A DNA stretch of 64,000 nt from Aeromicrobium sp. (GCA_025964895.1 JAOPXY010000032.1:2495-66494), one strand, 5' to 3'. Counted from the stretch's first letter, positions 1-10,293 are shown. Made by a program: numbers and translations. Notes: generated by a model not told the origin, from the sequence alone.

Positions 1-808
1 CTGCGCCGATCCGCCCGGCCGCCCCGAGCACCTGGGTCGAGGCGACGAGTGCGCTGGCGGCGAGGGTCGACCAGCCCTTGTCGTCGGTCAGCCAGACGAG
101 CATGTAGGTCCACACCGTGAACTGCGGCACGACCAGCAGGGCAGACGCAAGGTGGATGCGCGTGAGGCGGTTGTCGCGGCGATAGGGATTGTCCAGCTGT
201 CCGCGGTCGGCGGCCTCGGCCCGGGTAGGCCGGGGCGGGTCGACGATCAGCATCAGCGACATGACGGTAGCGGCGGCACAGATGCCGGCGACGATCAGCA
301 GGGTCGTGCGCAGACCGTCGGCCTCGACGGTGTTGGGGATCAACAGTGCGCCGGCGCCGACCCCGAGCGGCAGTGCCGTTTGCCGGATGCCCATCGCGGT
401 GCCGCGGCGGTGCGCCGGGAACCAGCCGACGACGATGCGTCCGCTGGCCGAGTTGGTGCTCCCGGCCCCGATGCCACCGATGAGGAACCACAGCGCCAGC
501 GCGACGAGCGAGGTCGTGAAAGCCGCACCGACGGCGCTGACCGTGACGATCCCGAGGCCCACGGACATCGAGGCGCGTTCCCCGACGCGGTCGACGACGA
601 GGCCCCAGACGACCAGCGACACCATGATCCCGGCGAACGGCGCGGCGACGACCAGTCCCGCCTCCTGCAGGCTCAGCCCGCGCTCGTTGCGGAGGAAGAC
701 GATGAGGAACGGGGCGCCGTTGACGAAGATCGTGCCGGCGACCTGCCCGAGCATCGAGACGCCGAGCATGACCCAGCGGTTGGGTCTCCTCAGTTCAGTT
801 TCCCTCAT
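1..808 (-). CDS. MFS transporter (runs off the left edge)
   Basis: Manual reverse-strand translation from ATG at 808: MRETELRRPNRWVMLGVSMLGQVAGTIFVNGAPFLIVF...VVWGLVVDRVGER; hydrophobic helices and an MFS motif-A-like DRVGER. Absent from the ORF track because it has no stop in the window. Confidence 0.8.
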   Translation of the reverse strand, partial: MRETELRRPNRWVMLGVSMLGQVAGTIFVNGAPFLIVFLRNERGLSLQEAGLVVAAPFAGIMVSLVVWGLVVDRVGERASMSVGLGIVTVSAVGAAFTTSLVALALWFLIGGIGAGSTNSASGRIVVGWFPAHRRGTAMGIRQTALPLGVGAGALLIPNTVEADGLRTTLLIVAGICAAATVMSLMLIVDPPRPTRAEAADRGQLDNPYRRDNRLTRIHLASALLVVPQFTVWTYMLVWLTDDKGWSTLAASALVASTQVLGAAGRIGA

Positions 809-819
809 GGCGTGTCCAC

Positions 820-844
820 ATCCTGATACGATTCGTCTCAGGAT
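820..844. promoter_or_regulatory. 25-bp near-perfect palindrome upstream of the MFS gene (putative operator)
   Basis: ATCCTGATACGATTCGTCTCAGGAT; 11 of 12 arm positions pair; 12 bp upstream of the MFS start. Confidence 0.45.
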
Positions 845-890
845 TCAGACTACTCCGTGCGTCCTGCAACCTTCGGTCGAGGTCCCCGGC

Positions 891-1436
891 TCAGTAGGTC
901 AGGGCGCCGACGTGGGCCAGGGCCTGCTTGAGCAGGATGCCGCGGCCGCCCTCCATGTCGTCGAGCACCTCGGTGGCCGACGCCTCCTGCGGGGTCAGCC
1001 AGGTCAGCTCGAGGGCGTCCTGGCGGGGATTGCAGTCGCCGGTGACCGGCACGACGTATGCGAGGGCGACCGCGTGCTGGCGCGGGTCGTGCAGCGGCGT
1101 GACGCCCGGGAACGGGAAGTACTCGGCCACCGTGAACGGCACGACCGACGTCGGCAGCTGCGGGAACGCAGTGGGCCCGAGATCCTTCTCGAGGTTGCGC
1201 AGCAGTGCGTCGCGCACCGACTCGCCGTGCAGCACCCGGCCGGAGACGAGCGTGCGGGTCATGGCGCCCGTGGTCGAGGAGCCGCGCAGCAGGACGCCGA
1301 TGTGCTCCACGGTGCCATGGGCGTCGACGCGGACCGGAACGGCCTCGACGTACAGGATGGGCACCCGCGCCCGGGTCTCGTCGAGGGCGAAGTCCGGGAG
1401 CCAGCCCGGATTGGGATCAGGTGTGCGCACGGACAT
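891..1436 (-). CDS. NUDIX-hydrolase-related protein (DUF4916-like)
   Basis: ORF 891..1751 trimmed to MSVRTPDPNPGWL; LVSGRVLHGESVRDALLRNLEKDLG resembles a degenerate Nudix box; CAGAAT lies 6 nt before the ATG. Confidence 0.75.
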   Translation of the reverse strand: MSVRTPDPNPGWLPDFALDETRARVPILYVEAVPVRVDAHGTVEHIGVLLRGSSTTGAMTRTLVSGRVLHGESVRDALLRNLEKDLGPTAFPQLPTSVVPFTVAEYFPFPGVTPLHDPRQHAVALAYVVPVTGDCNPRQDALELTWLTPQEASATEVLDDMEGGRGILLKQALAHVGALTY

Positions 1437-1497
1437 GGACACATTCTGTCGTATGGGGCCACGACGACGCGCTCCGTGCCCGTGCCGGTGACAGCAT

Positions 1498-2874
1498 GTG
1501 GGGGTGATCAACGGCGGGGTCTCGTTCTGGTGGCAGCAGATCGGCATACCCGAGCCGCGGGAGTCGCTCGACGGAGATCTCGACTGCGATGTCTGCATCG
1601 TCGGAGGAGGGTTCAGCGGCCTCTGGACGGCGTACATCCTGGCGGCCCTCGACCCGGGTCTCGACGTCGTCGTGCTCGAGGCGGAGTTCGTCGGGTTCGG
1701 CGCCTCGGGTCGCAACGGCGGATGGCTGTCGGCCGAGCTGTCCGGCAGCAAGGAACGCTACGGCAGGACGCACGGACGCGAGGGTGTCACGGCGCTCGTC
1801 GCAGCCATGGAGCGAGCGGTCGACGAGGTCGTCGAGGTGTGCCGGGTCGAGGGCGTGGACGCCGATGTCGTCAAGCACGGCGTGCTCTACGTCGCCAGGT
1901 CGCCGGCCCAGCTCGTGCGGATGCGCGAGGGCCTCGCCGACGACGCGCGGTGGGGCATCGGCGACGACCAGGTCGAGCTGACCGCGGACGAGATAGGCGA
2001 GCGTCTCCGGGTCGAGGGCGCGCTGGGTGCCACCTTCAGCCCGCACTGCGCGCGGGTGCACCCGGCGAAGCTGGTCTCGGGAGTCGCCGCGGCGGTGGAG
2101 CGACGCGGTGTGAGGATCCTCGAGCGGACGCGCGCACAGCGCATCGATCCGGGCGTCGTCACGACCGATCGCGGACGGGTCCGAGCCCCCCGCATCCTGC
2201 GGTGCCTCGAGGGCTACACCGCAGGCATCCGCGGTCAGCGTCGCACGTGGTTGCCCATGAACTCGGCGATGATCGTCAGCGAGCCGCTGCCGGACGCCGT
2301 GTGGGACGAGATCGGGTGGGCGGGCGCTGAGCTGCTCGGCGACCACGCCAACGCGTACTGCTACGCGCAGCGCACGGCCGACGGTCGGATCGCGCTGGGC
2401 GGCCGCGGCGTCCCGTACCGCTTCGCGTCCCGCACGGACGCCGACGGACAGACGCAGGACTGGACCGTCGCCTCGCTCACCGGAATCCTGCACGACATGT
2501 TCCCCGCGACCCGACGGGCTCGGATCGACCACGCGTGGTGCGGGGTGCTGGGCGTGCCGCGCGACTGGTGCGCGAGTGTCGGATTCGATCCTGCGACCGG
2601 CCTCGGCTGGGCGGGCGGGTATGTCGGTAGCGGCCTGACCACGACGCACGTGGCGGGACGGACCCTCGCCGATCTGGCGACGGGGAGGGAGTCCGCGCTC
2701 ACGGCGCTGCCGTGGGTCAACCGCGCTGTGCGGCGCTGGGAGCCCGAGCCGCTGCGGTGGCTCGGCGTGCGGGCGATGTACGGGCTGTATCGCGAGGCGG
2801 ACCGCCGCGAGAGCCGGGGCCTCGAACGGCCCAGCCGGCTCGCCCGTCTCGGCAACACCCTCACCGGTCGCTGA
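1498..2874 (+). CDS. FAD-dependent oxidoreductase (DAO/PuuB-like)
   Basis: DVCIVGGGFSGLWTA FAD-binding motif, GASGRNGG, C-terminal GGYVGSGL. Confidence 0.85.
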   Translation: MGVINGGVSFWWQQIGIPEPRESLDGDLDCDVCIVGGGFSGLWTAYILAALDPGLDVVVLEAEFVGFGASGRNGGWLSAELSGSKERYGRTHGREGVTALVAAMERAVDEVVEVCRVEGVDADVVKHGVLYVARSPAQLVRMREGLADDARWGIGDDQVELTADEIGERLRVEGALGATFSPHCARVHPAKLVSGVAAAVERRGVRILERTRAQRIDPGVVTTDRGRVRAPRILRCLEGYTAGIRGQRRTWLPMNSAMIVSEPLPDAVWDEIGWAGAELLGDHANAYCYAQRTADGRIALGGRGVPYRFASRTDADGQTQDWTVASLTGILHDMFPATRRARIDHAWCGVLGVPRDWCASVGFDPATGLGWAGGYVGSGLTTTHVAGRTLADLATGRESALTALPWVNRAVRRWEPEPLRWLGVRAMYGLYREADRRESRGLERPSRLARLGNTLTGR

Positions 2875-2919
2875 GGGGGCGCGCGGGGACGTATTCGGTT
2901 GGGGTGATACAACGGTTGT

Positions 2920-3354
2920 GTGAATACAACTGATCCGGTCTCGCGCGCCGCGACGTGGATGCTGATGGCCGCCCTCGTCATGGACAACAAGGCCGGCTGG
3001 CGGGGCGCTGTCGTCGCTGCCACCGGCATGCCGTTCAGCCGTTTCCGAGCCCTCCGGAGGCTGGAGATGGGTCCCCTGGCGCAGTCCGAGCTGGCGGCGC
3101 GCCTCGGCGTCGACGCCCCGGCCATGTCCGTCCTGGTGGGCGAGCTCGTCGATGACGGCCTGGTCCTGCGGGCGACCGACCCGGCCGACCGGCGCCGCAA
3201 CCGGTTGGAGCTCACCGATGCCGGCCGTGCGCTCGTGGACGGCGTCCGTGAGCTGCCGGACGCTGTCCCATCGGTGCTCGGCGTGCTTGACGAGGAGGAG
3301 GCCGCCACGCTGCACCGGATCCTCCAGCGCCTGCACGACGGAGCGGGATCATGA
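2920..3354 (+). CDS. MarR family transcriptional regulator
   Basis: QSELAARLGVDAPAMS...LV...DRRR...LTDAGR winged helix; overlaps the downstream MFS gene by ATGA. Confidence 0.85.
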   Translation: MNTTDPVSRAATWMLMAALVMDNKAGWRGAVVAATGMPFSRFRALRRLEMGPLAQSELAARLGVDAPAMSVLVGELVDDGLVLRATDPADRRRNRLELTDAGRALVDGVRELPDAVPSVLGVLDEEEAATLHRILQRLHDGAGS

Positions 3355-4787
3355 CCCCGCGCTCGGCGCTGGCCCCGCACGAGCTCGACCGGTCGGGTCG
3401 CCGCGTCGTGCTGGCGATCTGCTGCATGAGCCTGTTCATCGTCGGACTCGACGTCTCGGCCCTGAACGTCGCCCTTCCGGACATCGGCCGTGACCTCGAT
3501 GCGCCGTTCAGCCACCTGCAGTGGACGATCGACGCCTACGCGCTGACCCTCGCCGGTCTCCTGATGCTCTCGGGATCGATCGCCGACCGCGTCGGCCGAC
3601 GTCGAATCTTCCGGATCGGGCTGATGGTGTTCGGCGCGGGCTCGCTCCTGTGCGCGGTCGCCCCCACGTCCGAGCTGCTGATCGCGGCGCGGGTGCTGCA
3701 GGCCGTGGGCGGCTCGATGCTCAATCCGGTCGCGATGTCGATCATCACCAACACGTTCCACGACGCCAAGGAGCGCGCGGCGGCGATCGGTGCGTGGGGT
3801 GCCGCGATCGGGCTGAGCATGGCCCTCGGACCCGTCATCGGCGGCGTGCTGGTGGCCGGATTCGGCTGGAGGGCGATCTTCCTGATCAACGTGCCGGTCG
3901 TCGTCGCGGCGCTGGTGCTCATGACCCTGTACGTCCCGGAGTCCCGCGCCGAGACGCCTCGTCGGCTCGACCCGGTCGGTCAGGCGCTCGTGATCGTCAT
4001 GCTCGTGTCCCTCACGTTCGGGATCATCGAGGGGCGCGAGATCGGCTGGGGAACGGCGACCGTGATCGGCTGCTTCGTCCTGTCGGCGGTCGCCGTCGTG
4101 GCGTTCGTGGCGTTCGAGCGTCGTACCGAGACGCCCCTGATCTCGCCGGTGTTCTTCAGCAGCATCCCGTTCAGCAGCGCCGTCGTCAGCGCCGTGATCG
4201 GATTCGCGTCGATCGGCGGCTTCCTGCTGCTGAACACGCTCTACCTGCAGGACGTCCGGGGGTACTCCGCCCTCCATGCCGGGCTCCTGACGTTGCCGAT
4301 GGCCGTGACCACCGCCGTGCTGTCACCGATCTCGGGCCGACTGGTCGGCAGCATCGGGCCCCGCGTGCCGATGGTCCTGGCCGGGCTCGGCGTCGCCACC
4401 AGCGGGGCAATCCTCACCCGGCTCCAGCCCGACACGAGTACCGCGGTGCTCGTCGCGGCCTACGTGGCGTTCGGCGTGGGCTTCGGCCTCCTCAACGCCC
4501 CCATCACCAACGCCGCGGTGAGCGGCATGCCTCGTGCGCAGGCCGGCACGGCGGCGGCCGTGGCCTCCACGAGCCGGCAGATCGGGTCTGCGCTCGGCGT
4601 CGCGGTGCTCGGCGCGATCGCCTACGGCCGTCTCGACGGTTCCATGACGGAAGGGTTCGCGCAGGCGACGCACGCGGCATGGGCGGTCATGGCGGCACTC
4701 GGGCTGGTCCTGGTGGGACTGGGATTCGTCGCCACGAGCGCCCGGGCGGCACGCAGCGTCGAACGGGTGCGGTCGCGCCTGGACTGA
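3351..4787 (+). CDS. MFS drug:H+ antiporter (DHA2, 14-TM)
   Basis: GLDVSALNVALP, WTIDAY, GSIADRVGRRR, LGPVIGG, WRAIFLINVP motifs. Confidence 0.9.
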   Translation: MTPRSALAPHELDRSGRRVVLAICCMSLFIVGLDVSALNVALPDIGRDLDAPFSHLQWTIDAYALTLAGLLMLSGSIADRVGRRRIFRIGLMVFGAGSLLCAVAPTSELLIAARVLQAVGGSMLNPVAMSIITNTFHDAKERAAAIGAWGAAIGLSMALGPVIGGVLVAGFGWRAIFLINVPVVVAALVLMTLYVPESRAETPRRLDPVGQALVIVMLVSLTFGIIEGREIGWGTATVIGCFVLSAVAVVAFVAFERRTETPLISPVFFSSIPFSSAVVSAVIGFASIGGFLLLNTLYLQDVRGYSALHAGLLTLPMAVTTAVLSPISGRLVGSIGPRVPMVLAGLGVATSGAILTRLQPDTSTAVLVAAYVAFGVGFGLLNAPITNAAVSGMPRAQAGTAAAVASTSRQIGSALGVAVLGAIAYGRLDGSMTEGFAQATHAAWAVMAALGLVLVGLGFVATSARAARSVERVRSRLD

Positions 4788-4804
4788 GGCGCGGTACAGT
4801 CGAG

Positions 4805-4900
4805 CCACACGACAGGGGAGCGCCACTGCAGAGGGCGCTGAGAGTGCGGATCCGCCGCAGACCCTTGAACCTGCACCGGTTAGTACCGGCGAAGGGAGTC
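4805..4900 (+). ncRNA. TPP riboswitch
   Basis: Contains GGGG...GCTGAGA...ACCCTTGAACCTG...CCGGTTAGTACCGGCGAAGGGA, the conserved thi-box core, directly before an ECF S-component gene. Confidence 0.92.
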
Positions 4901-4903
4901 AGA

Positions 4904-5524
4904 ATGAGTTCTGCCACCACGTCCAGGACCGGGTTCGATGTGCGGTATCGCACGATCGACCTGGTCACCATCGCCACCCTCGCCGTCGCCTGCGGCGTCA
5001 TCTTCTGGGGGTGGGGAAAGATCTACGAGCCGCTGAGCTTCGGCTCGATCGCGGCGTACCCGCCCATGGCCGGCCTGTTCGGCGGCACGTGGCTGCTGGC
5101 CGGCGTGCTGGGCGGTCTGATCGTCCGCAAGCCCGGTGCGGCCGTCGCGACCGAGATGCTCGCCGCGCTGGTCGAGATGCTGTTCCCCGGCGGTACGCAG
5201 TGGGGCTCGGGCGTCCTCGCCTCGGGCTTCTGGCAGGGCATCGGCGTCGAGCTGGTCCTTGCGGTGTTCCTCTACCGCCGGTTCAACCTGACGGTCGCCG
5301 CGATCGCCGGTGGCGTCGCGGGAGCGCTGGAGTCCGCGGCATACGAGTGGCACGCCTACTACCCGGACTGGGAGACCGGCTACCGCTTCGCGCACCTCGG
5401 GCTGTTCGTGGTGTCAGGTGCCGTGATCGCCGGCCTCGGCGGGTGGGCCCTCACCCGGGCCCTGGCCCGTGCGGGGGCGCTCGATGCGTTCCCGGCCGGA
5501 CGCGAGCAGGTCACCGAGGTCTAG
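4904..5524 (+). CDS. ECF transporter S component (YkoE-like, thiamine/HMP)
   Basis: ATG at 4904 in ORF 3521..5524; 5-6 TM helices; RKPGAA...E motif; follows the TPP riboswitch. Confidence 0.85.
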   Translation: MSSATTSRTGFDVRYRTIDLVTIATLAVACGVIFWGWGKIYEPLSFGSIAAYPPMAGLFGGTWLLAGVLGGLIVRKPGAAVATEMLAALVEMLFPGGTQWGSGVLASGFWQGIGVELVLAVFLYRRFNLTVAAIAGGVAGALESAAYEWHAYYPDWETGYRFAHLGLFVVSGAVIAGLGGWALTRALARAGALDAFPAGREQVTEV

Positions 5525-5543
5525 AAGACGGATTGATGGACAA

Positions 5544-6938
5544 ATGAGTCCACGTGGTGAGGTCCGGTTCCGGGACTTCACGTGGCGGCCGATCGGTCGC
5601 CGCAACGCCGTCATCGCCGGGCTCGATCTCACGATCGAGCCCGGCGAACGGGTCCTCCTCGTCGGGCCCAGCGGGGCCGGCAAGTCGACGCTCCTGCACG
5701 GGCTCGTCGGCGCCCTGGGCGCGACGATCGCCGGTGACCTTACGGGATCGGCCGAGGTCGACGGGCGGTCGGGGCTGCTGCTGCAGAACCCCGCCGACGC
5801 GATCGTGGCCGAACGGACGGGCCGTGACGTCGCCTTCGGGCCCGAGAACGCCGGCCTGCCGCGCGACGAGATCTGGGCACGGGTCGACGCGGCGCTCGAC
5901 GCGGTCGGCCTGACGTATGGCCGCGACCACTTCACGGCAGCGCTGTCGGGCGGTGAGCAGCAGCGCCTCGCTCTCGCCGGGGTGCTCGCGATGCGCCCCG
6001 ACGTCCTCCTGCTCGACGAGCCGACCTCGATGCTCGACCCAGCCACGGCGGCCACCGTCCGGGAGGCGATCCTCGCATCGGCCGGCGGTCGCACGCTGCT
6101 CGTCGTCGAGCACCGGATCGAGGCGTGGCTGCCGCACGTCGACCGGGTCGTCGTGCTGTCCGCCGACGGGCAGGTCGTCGGCGACGGGACCGTGTCGGCA
6201 TTCCTCGCCGGACCCCGGCCCGACGGGGTGTGGATGCCCGGAGCGCCGACGCCACCCCTGCTCGCCGTCCCGGACACCCTCGTGCGCCCGGCGGACGAGG
6301 CCCTGACCGTCACGGCGACCGATGTGTCGGTCGAGCTCGTGATGCGCACGATGCGGGGGACACAGCGCACCCAGGCGCTGACGGAGCTCACGGCGCGGCT
6401 CGCGCCGGGACGCGTCACCGGTTTCACCGGCCCCAGCGGAGCCGGCAAGTCGACCGCGCTCGCGGTCCTCGGCGGGCTGCTCGCGCCCACCACCGGCACG
6501 GTCGCTCCCGATCTGCGGCGGTGGCGATCGCCGGCCCTGGCCGCCGCCGTGGGCTGGGTCCCCCAGAATCCCGAGCACGGGCTGCTCACCTCGACCGTCG
6601 TCGACGAGGTGCGCCACACCGCGACCCGGACGGGGCGGACGGTCGACGCGGGGGCTGTCCTCGACGTCTTCGGGCTCGGCCACCTCGCGAGCTCGAACCC
6701 GTACCGGCTCTCCGGCGGTGAGCAGCGACGTCTGGCGCTGGCGGCCGCGCTCGCCCACCGTCCCGGCGTGGTGCTCCTCGACGAGCCGACCGTGGGTCAG
6801 GATCCCGGCACCTGGGCCGCTGTGGCCGGTTGGATCGCTGCCTCGCGGGACGCGGGCGCGGCGGTCGGCCTCTCGACCCACGATGCCGACGTCGGACTCG
6901 ATATCGAGCACGGCATGAGCCGGGGGGTCATGACATGA
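5544..6938 (+). CDS. ECF/ABC transporter with two ATPase domains (YkoD-like)
   Basis: Two sets of Walker A (GPSGAGKS), LSGGEQ signature and LLDEPT. Confidence 0.9.
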   Translation: MSPRGEVRFRDFTWRPIGRRNAVIAGLDLTIEPGERVLLVGPSGAGKSTLLHGLVGALGATIAGDLTGSAEVDGRSGLLLQNPADAIVAERTGRDVAFGPENAGLPRDEIWARVDAALDAVGLTYGRDHFTAALSGGEQQRLALAGVLAMRPDVLLLDEPTSMLDPATAATVREAILASAGGRTLLVVEHRIEAWLPHVDRVVVLSADGQVVGDGTVSAFLAGPRPDGVWMPGAPTPPLLAVPDTLVRPADEALTVTATDVSVELVMRTMRGTQRTQALTELTARLAPGRVTGFTGPSGAGKSTALAVLGGLLAPTTGTVAPDLRRWRSPALAAAVGWVPQNPEHGLLTSTVVDEVRHTATRTGRTVDAGAVLDVFGLGHLASSNPYRLSGGEQRRLALAAALAHRPGVVLLDEPTVGQDPGTWAAVAGWIAASRDAGAAVGLSTHDADVGLDIEHGMSRGVMT

Positions 6939-7630
6939 GGACTCTCGTCCGGCGGACGAACCCGCTCGTACTGATCTCGGTGGGACTGTTCTCGCTGCTC
7001 GGCTCGTTCTGGATCCGCAGCCTGCCGGTCGCGCTGATCGCGGTGGCGGCCTATGCCGTGGCCGCGGTGATCCTCCTGCCGGGCTGGCGGTTCCCGCTGG
7101 TGTGCCTGGCCTTCACGTCGATCGCGGCACTCACGGTCGTCTACTCGACGTGGCGGCTGGGAGGCCACGACGTCGAGCTGGCCGTCACGGCGGGTCTTCG
7201 CATCGTCGTGCTGGCGTGGCCGGGATCGGTCGCCGCGGGCTACATCGACCCGTCACGGCTCGCGGACTACTTGGCGCAGAGCCTGCGCCTGCCGCCCCGA
7301 CTCATCGTGGCCTTCGCCGCCGCGCTGCAGAGACTGACGGCTTTCGGCATCGCCTGGCAGCAGCTCGACCGGGTGCGGCGGGTCCGCGGGTTCGGGGCGG
7401 GACGCAATCCGCTGGCCAACGGGGGCTACGCCGCGAACATGTCGTTCGCGCTGCTCGTGCAGGCGATGCGCGGAGCCACGTCGACCTCTATCGCGATGGA
7501 CGCCAGGGGGTTCGCGACGGCCCACGAGCGGACCTGGGCCCTGCCCGCACCGTGGACCCGCCTCGACGTCCTCGCGCTCGTCGCCGCGGCCCTGCTCGGA
7601 GCCGTTCCGGTGATCGCCCGGCTGGTGTGA
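6935..7630 (+). CDS. ECF transmembrane T component (YkoC/CbiQ-like)
   Basis: ATGA overlap with the ATPase; hydrophobic; C-terminal RRVRG...AMDARGF motifs. Confidence 0.85.
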   Translation: MRTLVRRTNPLVLISVGLFSLLGSFWIRSLPVALIAVAAYAVAAVILLPGWRFPLVCLAFTSIAALTVVYSTWRLGGHDVELAVTAGLRIVVLAWPGSVAAGYIDPSRLADYLAQSLRLPPRLIVAFAAALQRLTAFGIAWQQLDRVRRVRGFGAGRNPLANGGYAANMSFALLVQAMRGATSTSIAMDARGFATAHERTWALPAPWTRLDVLALVAAALLGAVPVIARLV

Positions 7631-7712
7631 TCCGGGGACGGATCTGGCGTGGTGGGCCCCATTCGGGCTAGGGTGCGAACTAAGCAAGCGCTTACCAAGC
7701 CGGAGGTTCCGT

Positions 7713-8171
7713 ATGACCCGCGTGTTCGACCATCTCGATGCCTTCAAGGCCGCCGCCGGAGAGGAGCTCGGCACCAGCGACTGGCTCACGGTCACGCAGG
7801 AGCAGATCAACACCTTCGCCGACGCCACGGGCGACCAGCAGTGGATTCACATCGATCCCGAGCGTGCCGCGACCGGCCCGTTCGGCACGACGATCGCCCA
7901 CGGCTACCTGACGCTGTCGCTTCTGCCGGTGTTCGCCGCCGAGATCTACTCGATCCAGAACATCGCGTTCGGCATGAACTACGGCGCCAACAAGGTCCGC
8001 TTCCCGGCGCCCGTCCCCGTCGACTCGCGCCTGCGCGCCACTGCGACGCTGAAGGAGACGAAGGACATCGCGATCGGCACCCAGGTCGTCATCACCTTCG
8101 TCGTCGAGCGTGAGGGTGCGGACAAGCCGGTCTGCATCGCCGAGGTCGTCTACGTCATGGCCGGAGCCTGA
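7713..8171 (+). CDS. MaoC family dehydratase
   Basis: FADATGDQQWIHIDPERA...GPFGTTIAHG hot-dog hydratase motif. Confidence 0.9.
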   Translation: MTRVFDHLDAFKAAAGEELGTSDWLTVTQEQINTFADATGDQQWIHIDPERAATGPFGTTIAHGYLTLSLLPVFAAEIYSIQNIAFGMNYGANKVRFPAPVPVDSRLRATATLKETKDIAIGTQVVITFVVEREGADKPVCIAEVVYVMAGA

Positions 8172-8172
8172 A

Positions 8173-9387
8173 ATGCACTTCGCCTTCGACGACACGACCA
8201 ACGAGCTGATCGAGCGCGTCACCGCGTTCATGGACGCCGAGGTGTACCCGGCCGAGCCGATCTTCAAAGAGCAGGCCGAGGCCGCGGTCGCGAGCGACAC
8301 CTGGTCGTTCCCGCCGATCGTCCACGAGCTGCGCGCCAAGGCCAAGGCCCAGGGCCTGTGGAACTTCTTCGATCCCGGTGAGCACGGTGCCGGCCTGACG
8401 AACCTGCAGTACGCGCCGATCGCCGAGATCACGGGCCGCAGCATCCAGATGGCGCCGGCCGCGTTCAACTGCGCCGCGCCCGACACCGGCAACATGGAGG
8501 TGCTGAGCATGTTCGGCACCGACGAGCAGAAGAAGAGGTGGCTCGAGCCGCTGCTCGCGGGCGACATCCGCTCCGCCTTCGCGATGACGGAGCCGCAGGT
8601 GGCCTCGTCGGACGCGACCAACATCGAGCTCAGCATCGTCCGGGACGGCGACGAGTACGTCATCAACGGCCGCAAGTGGTGGATCACCGGCGCGATGAAC
8701 CCCGACTGCAAGATCTTCATCGTGATGGGCAAGACCGACCCCTCGGCCCAGCGGCACCGCCAGCAGAGCCAGATCCTGGTTGAGCGCGACACCCCGGGCC
8801 TGGAGATCATCCGCGGCATGCACGTGTTCGGGTATCACGATCGCGATCACGGAGGACACGCCGAGCTGCGGTTCACGGACGTCCGGGTGCCCGCGAGCAA
8901 TCTCATCGGCGGTGAGGGCGAGGGCTTCGCGATCGCGCAGGCCAGGCTCGGGCCGGGACGCATCCACCACTGCATGCGCTCCCTCGGCATCGCGGAGCGT
9001 GCCATCGAGATGATGAGCAAGCGCGCGGCCGACCGGGTGGCCTTCGGCAAGCCGATCGCCGACCAGGGCGTCGTGCGCGACTGGATCGCCGAGTCGCGGG
9101 TCAAGGTCGAGCAGCTGCGCCTCCTGGTCCTCAAGACCGCCTGGCTGATGGACACCGTCGGCAATCAGGGCGCCCACACCGAGATCCAGGCGATCAAGAT
9201 CGCGACCCCGCAGACCGTGGAGTGGATCCTCGACAAGGCCATCCAGGTGCACGGCGCCGGCGGCCTCTCGCAGGACTTCCCGCTCGCGGAGTGGTTCGCG
9301 GGCATGCGCACGCTCCGCTTCGCGGACGGCCCCGACGAGGTCCACAAGAACGCGCTCGCCCGGGCCGAGGTCAAGAAGTGGGCCTGA
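8173..9387 (+). CDS. Acyl-CoA dehydrogenase
   Basis: FNCAAPDTGNMEVL, AFAMTEP, INGRKWWITGA, QVHGAGG, FADGPDEVH. Confidence 0.92.
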   Translation: MHFAFDDTTNELIERVTAFMDAEVYPAEPIFKEQAEAAVASDTWSFPPIVHELRAKAKAQGLWNFFDPGEHGAGLTNLQYAPIAEITGRSIQMAPAAFNCAAPDTGNMEVLSMFGTDEQKKRWLEPLLAGDIRSAFAMTEPQVASSDATNIELSIVRDGDEYVINGRKWWITGAMNPDCKIFIVMGKTDPSAQRHRQQSQILVERDTPGLEIIRGMHVFGYHDRDHGGHAELRFTDVRVPASNLIGGEGEGFAIAQARLGPGRIHHCMRSLGIAERAIEMMSKRAADRVAFGKPIADQGVVRDWIAESRVKVEQLRLLVLKTAWLMDTVGNQGAHTEIQAIKIATPQTVEWILDKAIQVHGAGGLSQDFPLAEWFAGMRTLRFADGPDEVHKNALARAEVKKWA

Positions 9388-10190
9388 CCGACCTGGCGCA
9401 CAGCGTCGCCGTCGTCACGGGCGCGGCCAGCGGCATCGGCGAAGCCGTCGCGCAGCGGCTGCTCGAGCAGGGGGCGTCGGTCGTCCTCGGCGACCTCGAC
9501 GCCGCACGGGTCGAGGCCACCGCGGCACGGCTGGACGCCGACCACCCCGGTCGCGTCTCGCACGTCGCCGGTGACGCGGCCGACGCCGGCCACATCGCCG
9601 CGCTGATCGCCGCTGCGCCCGGAGACGTCGACCTGTACGTCGCCAACGCGGGCGTGTTTCGGGGCTTCGGCCTCGAGGCGCCCGAGTCCGAGTGGGCGAC
9701 GGGCTGGGACGTCAACGTCATGGGCCAGGTGCGAGCCGCACGGGCGCTCGTGCCGGGCTGGGTCGAGCGGGGCCGTGGCACCTTCGTCAGCACCGCGTCC
9801 GCCGCCGGACTGCTGACGCAGCTGGGGTCGCCGACGTACTCGGTCACCAAGCACGCCGCGGTCGGATTCGCCGAGTGGCTGGCCGCGACGTACGGCGACC
9901 AGGGCGTCCAGGTGTGCTGTCTGTGCCCCATGGGCGTGCGCACCGACATGCTCCGGGAGGGGCAGACCAGCGACGACGAACTCGGCCGGCTCGCGATGCG
10001 GTCGGTCGTGTCGGCCGGTGCGACGCTCACCCCGCTCGACGTTGCCGACGTCCTGCTCGAGGCGCTCGCGGCGGGGACGTTCTTCGCGCTGCCGCACCCC
10101 GAGGTCGGCACGATGTACGCCCGCAAGGCCGCCGACGCCGACCACTGGATCACCGGCATGCAGCGGTTCCGGACGTCGCTGGACGGCTGA
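9378..10190 (+). CDS. SDR family oxidoreductase
   Basis: VVTGAASGIG, NAG and catalytic YSVTK. Confidence 0.88.
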   Translation: MGLTDLAHSVAVVTGAASGIGEAVAQRLLEQGASVVLGDLDAARVEATAARLDADHPGRVSHVAGDAADAGHIAALIAAAPGDVDLYVANAGVFRGFGLEAPESEWATGWDVNVMGQVRAARALVPGWVERGRGTFVSTASAAGLLTQLGSPTYSVTKHAAVGFAEWLAATYGDQGVQVCCLCPMGVRTDMLREGQTSDDELGRLAMRSVVSAGATLTPLDVADVLLEALAAGTFFALPHPEVGTMYARKAADADHWITGMQRFRTSLDG

Positions 10191-10194
10191 ACCC

Positions 10195-10292
10195 ACCACC
10201 GCTGAGATCCGCGAGTGGTGTGTTCTGGACGTTCTGAGACGGCGCGTCTGTCCGAACTGCAGCAGTCGCGGCCCGGAATGCACCACGCGGCG
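10195..10292. repeat. Imperfect palindromic intergenic element (REP-like) between convergent genes
   Basis: CCGCGAGTGGTGTGTTCTGG and CCGGAATGCACCACGCGG form imperfect inverted arms. Confidence 0.4.
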
Positions 10293-10293
10293 G

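Noticed and set aside
7681-7694. TAAGC-N4-GCTTA palindrome before the MaoC operon
   Set aside because: It is plausible as a TetR-type operator, but it is short, single-copy and has no regulator nearby, so it is too weak to call.
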